Source of the DNA: Candidatus Uhrbacteria bacterium CG_4_9_14_3_um_filter_41_35
GTDB taxonomy: Bacteria; Patescibacteriota; Patescibacteriia; UBA9934
Direction: 5' to 3'
Length of the DNA: 64,000 bases
NCBI GenBank assembly: GCA_002791275.1
Contig: PFWT01000009.1
Span: 146,548-210,547 of the forward strand
The position numbers were made by a program, and so were the translations under genes. The notes below the pieces were generated by a model, which saw nothing but the letters and a program-made list of their open reading frames with translations, did no database searches and was not told the origin of the DNA. The stretch's first letter is position 1, and each line of letters begins with the position of its first letter. Shown piece by piece: positions 58,426 to 64,000 of this stretch.

Positions 58426-60582
58426 ATGAATAAGCTATTAATAAAATCCGCTAAGTTAGTTGCGGTTTCAAGCACAAATAATACTATCGTTAGCGCAAAT
58501 TTAATTAAACTACCTCATTCTAGAGGTCATATTTTTAGTTTAGTTAGATTACTTGGTAAGCCAGACGAAAAACGCAAAAAGATTGAAACAATAATAAAGG
58601 ATCATTTAGTTAGACTCGAGCAAACCACCACTGAAGAGGCAAATATACCTCGAAGATTCGAGCAAATACTGTCGGCGATTAACGAAGATATCCACAAACA
58701 CATTCTAGAATCAGCCAAAATTCCACTCACCGATATTCACGCAATCATCGGTGTGGTTCATAAAAATCAGGTCTTCATTTCCGGTATCGGTAATCTTGGA
58801 GCAATCTTTATGCATAAAACCGCTCAAGCTAGATTTGTTATATACGAACTAGATAAGCAGTTTGAACACGACGAAAAGACTTGGGAAAAAATATTTGTTA
58901 CAGTTTTAGACGGTGAACTGCACCCGGGTGATATTTTTTATGTTGCCACAAAATTACCAGCGCGTGAAATAAGCCTGGGTGAACTCCAAGATATCTTAGC
59001 CACCCTTCCCCCGGCTAGTGCGCTAAAAAGAATCCATCAGCACGTCAGTATTGGTACGGCTTTTGGTGGTATTGATTTTGTAGTGCAGGATCAAACAGAA
59101 GTCGGACCGCCAAAAAAGGTTAATCCGATGAATTCTATTGAACAACTTGGAAAAACCAAAAAAGATACCGCAACCCTACTTGGTGATCAAAGCCCCGACT
59201 TCAGCAATATCCTAGATAAAATCACCAAACCACTTATAAAGAATCTTTCAAAACCAGGCACACACGGGACAAAGAATATTTTTGGTCGAGTCATAACCGT
59301 CGCTATTAAAATCATCGTCGCTAGCTATACCTTCGTTAGTAGTCTAATAAAAAAGTTGTTCACCATAATTTTTGACAAACAGAAATATGAATCCAAACAA
59401 ATCTCAAAAATTAACAGCGACATCAAAAAACAAAATAGTCCTCTAAATTTCGTACAAAACAGCTTTAAAAAAGTTGTTCAGCTTTCAACAAGCACAAAAT
59501 TGATTTTAGTTGGTATTCTTGGTGTAAGCATTATTCTAATTGTCGGTATTTCGGTGCTCAATTCCAAAACCAGTATTGCAGATGAACAAAGTGCTTTTAG
59601 TACCATTATTGCCAGGGTTGAAGAAAAGAAAAACTCTGCCGATGCTTCGCTAATTTACGAGGACAAATCCCAGGCCAGATCACTACTTGCAGAAGCCGGG
59701 GCTTTACTCGAAACGCTGAACGCCGATTCAAGTCCGGAAAAATCCGAAATAGAAAGATTACGACAGGAAATTAACGCTGTCTTTTTCAAACTACGTGGGG
59801 TAACTGCACCCCAACTTCAAACCATAGCCGAAAGTTCTGTGCTGTTTTCAAATATCACTGAAGCTGGTGGGGTTATTTTCGGAGTTACCGACAATCAAGA
59901 GCTTTACAAACTAAACGAACTTGAACTTGCTTGGCAAAAAGTGGAGACTACAAACGGCAGTATTGGCAACTTCCTACACTCAACCGGCGAAGGTTCGAAT
60001 GTTTTGTTCGTAGATTCAAACAATCGCCTCGGTAGAATCGACACTTCCGCTAAAACTATAAATCCAATTACCAGCGGCGCTGATCTATTAGCCGGCATTA
60101 AAGCGTTAACTATTTACAACGAAAACCTTTACATTCTAGACACCGATACTGAACAGCTTATCAAGATGCGTCCTCAAGGTACCGGATTTGAAGCGGGCAC
60201 TCCTTGGATAAATTCGAAAGAATCAAGCTTAAAAAACGCCAAAGACGTAGCGATCGATGGTGATATCTATATTTTAACCCCCGACAGAATTGTTAGATTA
60301 AGATCCGGAAAAGAGGTGCCGTTTAAGCTCGATGTTGTAGACCCACCTTTAATATCCGCTACTAATTTCTGGACATCAGTAAATACTCAGAGTATTTACA
60401 TCCTGGATTCAGTAGAAAAACGAGTCTTAGTATTCAATAAAGATGGCCAGTTCTTAGCGCAATACGTGGACGACGCTTTTGGAGAGGCACTCACCGTTAT
60501 CGTTAGAGAAGATAAGCGTAATATTATTGTAGTCACACCAAATAAAGCTCTTACCTTCCCTGCCGTTCACACTTTAAACTAA
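58426..60582 (+). CDS. Hypothetical membrane protein (PP2C-like N-domain, TM, beta-propeller C-domain)
   Basis: GELHPGD, TM near aa 360-378, repeated LYILD/IYIL blades. Confidence 0.65.
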   Translation: MNKLLIKSAKLVAVSSTNNTIVSANLIKLPHSRGHIFSLVRLLGKPDEKRKKIETIIKDHLVRLEQTTTEEANIPRRFEQILSAINEDIHKHILESAKIPLTDIHAIIGVVHKNQVFISGIGNLGAIFMHKTAQARFVIYELDKQFEHDEKTWEKIFVTVLDGELHPGDIFYVATKLPAREISLGELQDILATLPPASALKRIHQHVSIGTAFGGIDFVVQDQTEVGPPKKVNPMNSIEQLGKTKKDTATLLGDQSPDFSNILDKITKPLIKNLSKPGTHGTKNIFGRVITVAIKIIVASYTFVSSLIKKLFTIIFDKQKYESKQISKINSDIKKQNSPLNFVQNSFKKVVQLSTSTKLILVGILGVSIILIVGISVLNSKTSIADEQSAFSTIIARVEEKKNSADASLIYEDKSQARSLLAEAGALLETLNADSSPEKSEIERLRQEINAVFFKLRGVTAPQLQTIAESSVLFSNITEAGGVIFGVTDNQELYKLNELELAWQKVETTNGSIGNFLHSTGEGSNVLFVDSNNRLGRIDTSAKTINPITSGADLLAGIKALTIYNENLYILDTDTEQLIKMRPQGTGFEAGTPWINSKESSLKNAKDVAIDGDIYILTPDRIVRLRSGKEVPFKLDVVDPPLISATNFWTSVNTQSIYILDSVEKRVLVFNKDGQFLAQYVDDAFGEALTVIVREDKRNIIVVTPNKALTFPAVHTLN

Positions 60583-60769
60583 GCTTGGAAACAATTACCA
60601 ATAAAAAACGCGCTTATTGGTGCGTTTTTTTTGAGACACGACGATTAAAGATCGGACTTCACTTTCGAAAAAGTGTTACCGCTACAAGAAGACAATAGCG
60701 GATTTACACTACATTCCACAATCAAAGGTCGGGTTTATGACACTCTGAACACATTTTGTTGTCAAGATA

Positions 60770-61558
60770 TTAGTCTTTTTCTTTTACTAAAATTACATTC
60801 GGAATCGAGGTCAGACTATTTACAGATCTATCATAACCTGAAGCAATTCCAGACGATGGACCACCATCTAGATTAACCATATTATCCCATTTTTCAAGAT
60901 CTTGTAATAAGTTCATCATTTCAAATAGGCTAACGTCAGATTTTTTAATTACACCTAAATAAATATTTCCAGCTAAATCTGCAGCCATAAATGACCGTCT
61001 AGCCTTGAGTGCACTATCTTCCTTAATGGCACCTTCTCCGTGTTTGAAAATAAATGGATAGGTCTGAGCACCATTTTTAACTTCACTTATATTCAACTGT
61101 TCCAAAGCTGTATCAGTGATTTTAAAATTGGGTTCAAACTCTATAAATGCAGTTTTATCAAAATCAAATTGACGGTCCGAAACCTGCTGACCATCAATTA
61201 TTACTTTACCCGAAGGTAAATAGTCATCGTGAAAATACACCCCGTTCACCACAATATCAGCACCCGTTTTCAGTTGCCAATCAATAACACTCCCCATTTC
61301 TTTATCATGAGCAAACCTGATATCTACACTAGATTGTTTAATCTTATAGATCACTAAAAAATCATCACCAATTTCACTATTGTTTATGATTTCTGAATAC
61401 TCATAATACTCAATATTTGGCGACAACTCAGTCTGCAGTTTAAGTTCAATACCCGTCCTAATTGCCAGTTCAAAATTTGGCCTTGAATCAAATTCAAAAG
61501 TCTGACAACCTACCCCAAGTATAATGAGAAAAGTCGAGTATAAAAAGATCCGTTTCAT
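60770..61558 (-). CDS. Phosphodiester glycosidase (NAGPA-like) lipoprotein
   Basis: Lipobox GVGC, NGVYF, RS, NLDGGPSS. Confidence 0.82.
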   Translation of the reverse strand: MKRIFLYSTFLIILGVGCQTFEFDSRPNFELAIRTGIELKLQTELSPNIEYYEYSEIINNSEIGDDFLVIYKIKQSSVDIRFAHDKEMGSVIDWQLKTGADIVVNGVYFHDDYLPSGKVIIDGQQVSDRQFDFDKTAFIEFEPNFKITDTALEQLNISEVKNGAQTYPFIFKHGEGAIKEDSALKARRSFMAADLAGNIYLGVIKKSDVSLFEMMNLLQDLEKWDNMVNLDGGPSSGIASGYDRSVNSLTSIPNVILVKEKD

Positions 61559-61668
61559 AAAGCCGTTTCAGTTGTTTTAATTTGAATGTTGGTCACGTTA
61601 TAATAGCTAAGTTTTAACGAATTTACTAGCTTGGATATTAAAAATCCCTGCAAAAGCAGGGATTTCAT

Positions 61669-63093
61669 TTATTGACCAAAATTGCTATTTAAAACATCGC
61701 TAGGGATTGCCTTTAGGTTACTATCAGCGATACCTTTACTTAGAAATCGCATTATATTGTAAGCCGACTCACCATCTTTCATATAAATTCGCCGACAAGT
61801 ATCCGGTTGAATATACCAAGCTTCACCGTGCTGTTCAACCTGTAACAGGATTCTTCCACTCAATCTTCTGGCTAAAGAATTAGTTTTGCAGATACTCGTG
61901 GCTTCTAGCATATCAGCTGGTGTTGCCTCGGCTGGTATTTTCATTAGATCAGCGTCCGCAATTCCAAGCCCAAATTGACGCATCATTTCGTAAGCTGTTG
62001 GTCCATCCTTCATGTAATAGCGTTTATCGAGTTCTGGGTGCAAATACCACGCCTCACCGTGTTGTTCTACCTGGAGTAAAATATTTCCCTGCATTCGGTC
62101 GATTATTTTTTGGTCCTTCAAGTCCGGGTCATAAACACTAGTTTCAGGCTCTAGTTCCAAAACTTTTTCGCCAATCTGCACATTTTCTTCTCCAGTCGCA
62201 ATTATGTTTTGAGACGCTATAACATCATCCACCCCTTCACCAAAATGGTAACAACTATCCTCAAAACATGCGACATTATCTCTAGTGTAGAGAGTATCGT
62301 AGTCTCGTATCATCAGATATTCACCGAACATATCTTCAAATATAGCATTGATATTTGAAATGTAGGTCATGGAATTTAACTCACCAGTAGAAACTACTGT
62401 TGGAATTCCTATTAAATTTCCATTTTCATCAAAAGCGCCACCACCTGAATTTCCAAACTCAGCAATAGCATCTGATTTAATCCAATTACTATATTCAAAA
62501 CCTGAAACTGCACCAGAAGTTGAAGTAATCGTTTCACCAGAATTTGCCGGGTATCCGATCAAAGTAAGTTTATCACCATGAATTAAAGAGTCAGGATTTC
62601 CGTAGGTGGCAAATTCTGGAAATATATAAGGCTCGCCATTTAAATCAAGAGCTGTCATTAAAGAATAATCAAAATAGTCTGTCCGACTAAAGTAGATGTC
62701 GCTTGGTACAAAAACCATATCTATAATAGGTGCTAAATAACTATGTTCTGAAATACCACCCACACAGAAATCATAAAAATACCAGTTTTCAGCATCTCCG
62801 TCATAAGAAATTACATGTCCATTAGTGATCACTAGCCCCTCACCCAGAACTACTCCAGAGCCAGTTGAATAAAAAACGTTCTCCCCATTTTCGACGTTTC
62901 CACAGGAAATATATACGATATTTTTTAGATTTTGGTCGATTGTTGTGCTGGCTTGTAAATCAAAAGCTAATATACCTTGCGGTAAAAACAAGACCCCAAT
63001 CATCAGAGCCAATACTGTACGCCTTATATATTTATAAATATTCATATATATTTTTTTCTGATCATACCTTTTTTTTGGTTCTTGTAAAAGCAT
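61669..63093 (-). CDS. Secreted trypsin-like serine protease with duplicated C-terminal module
   Basis: GSG, ITNGHV, D, GNSGG; two G.ILLQVEQHGEAWY repeats; start may be Met17. Confidence 0.85.
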   Translation of the reverse strand: MLLQEPKKRYDQKKIYMNIYKYIRRTVLALMIGVLFLPQGILAFDLQASTTIDQNLKNIVYISCGNVENGENVFYSTGSGVVLGEGLVITNGHVISYDGDAENWYFYDFCVGGISEHSYLAPIIDMVFVPSDIYFSRTDYFDYSLMTALDLNGEPYIFPEFATYGNPDSLIHGDKLTLIGYPANSGETITSTSGAVSGFEYSNWIKSDAIAEFGNSGGGAFDENGNLIGIPTVVSTGELNSMTYISNINAIFEDMFGEYLMIRDYDTLYTRDNVACFEDSCYHFGEGVDDVIASQNIIATGEENVQIGEKVLELEPETSVYDPDLKDQKIIDRMQGNILLQVEQHGEAWYLHPELDKRYYMKDGPTAYEMMRQFGLGIADADLMKIPAEATPADMLEATSICKTNSLARRLSGRILLQVEQHGEAWYIQPDTCRRIYMKDGESAYNIMRFLSKGIADSNLKAIPSDVLNSNFGQ

Positions 63094-63144
63094 GCATATT
63101 CTATATTAAAAAAACCTGCTATACTTAGCTCATAATCAAATTAT

Positions 63145-63918
63145 ATGCCAAATGATCACAAAAATAACTTAAACTATTTTCTTGCTCTAAGGTCAGTTGC
63201 GATACTGTCCGCAATTGTCCTAGTTGTCACTTTAACCGTTTACGTTGGCAAACTAGCTTCGCAAGTTGGTGAAGCCGATCCAAGCGAACAGTCTATCTCG
63301 GTTGATGGTAGCGCGACGGTAAAAGCAGATCCCGATAAAGCAACTGTTAGCGTTTCAATTGAAACAAAGAATGTAGATACAGCTAAAGCTCAAGACCTGC
63401 ACAGTACTCAAAGCAAGGCCTTGACCGAGGCGATTATGAAGCTCGGAATCGAGAAAAAAGATATTCAAACTTCCTATTACAATATTTTCGAAGATACAAG
63501 GTGGAATCCAGATAATCAGCGCTACGACTCAGTTGGTTGGGTTGTTTCTGAAAGTTGGGATATTGAAATTAGAGACTTAACCTTGGTTGATCAAGTTCTG
63601 CAAGTTGCTGGCCATAGTGGCGCTACCGACGTAAACGGTCCAAATTTCGTAGTTGACGACACTACTGTTGCGACTCAAAAAGCACGAACCGAAGCAATTG
63701 CCGACGCTCGAGCTAAAGCCACAGAGATTGCAACCGCGCTTGGCCTCAAACTCGATGAAATAGTTGGTTACAGCGAATGGGCCGACAACGTACAAACTCC
63801 GTTTTACGCCTATGCCGAACGCGCGATGGATATGAAAGACCCTGCACCTTTACCACAAGTAATGCAAGGACAAGAAGACGTTTCAATAAATGTTACAATT
63901 ACTTTTAGACTAAGATAA
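63145..63918 (+). CDS. SIMPL domain (DUF541) protein
   Basis: ISVDG.ATV.A.PD, DIQT, GPNF, A..EAIADAR.KA, V.V.F. Confidence 0.9.
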   Translation: MPNDHKNNLNYFLALRSVAILSAIVLVVTLTVYVGKLASQVGEADPSEQSISVDGSATVKADPDKATVSVSIETKNVDTAKAQDLHSTQSKALTEAIMKLGIEKKDIQTSYYNIFEDTRWNPDNQRYDSVGWVVSESWDIEIRDLTLVDQVLQVAGHSGATDVNGPNFVVDDTTVATQKARTEAIADARAKATEIATALGLKLDEIVGYSEWADNVQTPFYAYAERAMDMKDPAPLPQVMQGQEDVSINVTITFRLR

Positions 63919-63925
63919 AAAAGAT

Positions 63926-63952
63926 GGCCCGTGATTCGATCACGGGCCTTTT
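63926..63952 (+). terminator. Intrinsic terminator
   Basis: GGCCCGTGAT-tcg-ATCACGGGCC-TTTT. Confidence 0.8.
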
Positions 63953-64000
63953 GTTAACTCTGCGTGCTATCCGTCTCGTTTCGACGGACAGCCTTTGCGC

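Noticed and set aside
1-64000. Recoded genome (code 25, TGA=Gly)
   Set aside because: Core genes are full length under code 11

Overview
AT-rich bacterial chromosome segment, most genes on the minus strand, standard code 11. Gene content points to a Patescibacteria/CPR (Parcubacteria/ABY1-like) genome; this is inference from the reduced, salvage-type metabolism, a secretin-less type IV pilus locus and CPR-typical hypothetical proteins. Housekeeping content: rimK-like (partial), stand-alone riboflavin kinase, glmS, murF, ftsI, cobalamin adenosyltransferase, class II RNR nrdJ with tandem NrdR boxes, gpmI, mltG, mraZ-rsmH-ftsL, uvrB/uvrA/uvrC, tsaB-like, tRNA-Gln(CTG). An 11.5 kb type IV pilus cluster includes a 1547-aa minor pilin with 28 (4x7) propeller repeats. 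The most notable items not explained by the ORF track: (1) a ~310-nt highly structured, apparently non-coding RNA (40250-40556, minus) with its own sigma70 promoter and terminator; (2) a small basic ArfA-like ORF (51867-52112, minus) with an intrinsic terminator inside its CDS, the non-stop regulatory logic of ArfA/BrfA ribosome-rescue factors; (3) three BIME-like mosaic REP arrays sharing linkers; (4) several solo ORFans, each with promoter, strong SD and terminator; (5) a deletion remnant of an ABC transporter. All calls come from manual reading; no database searches or folding programs were run.
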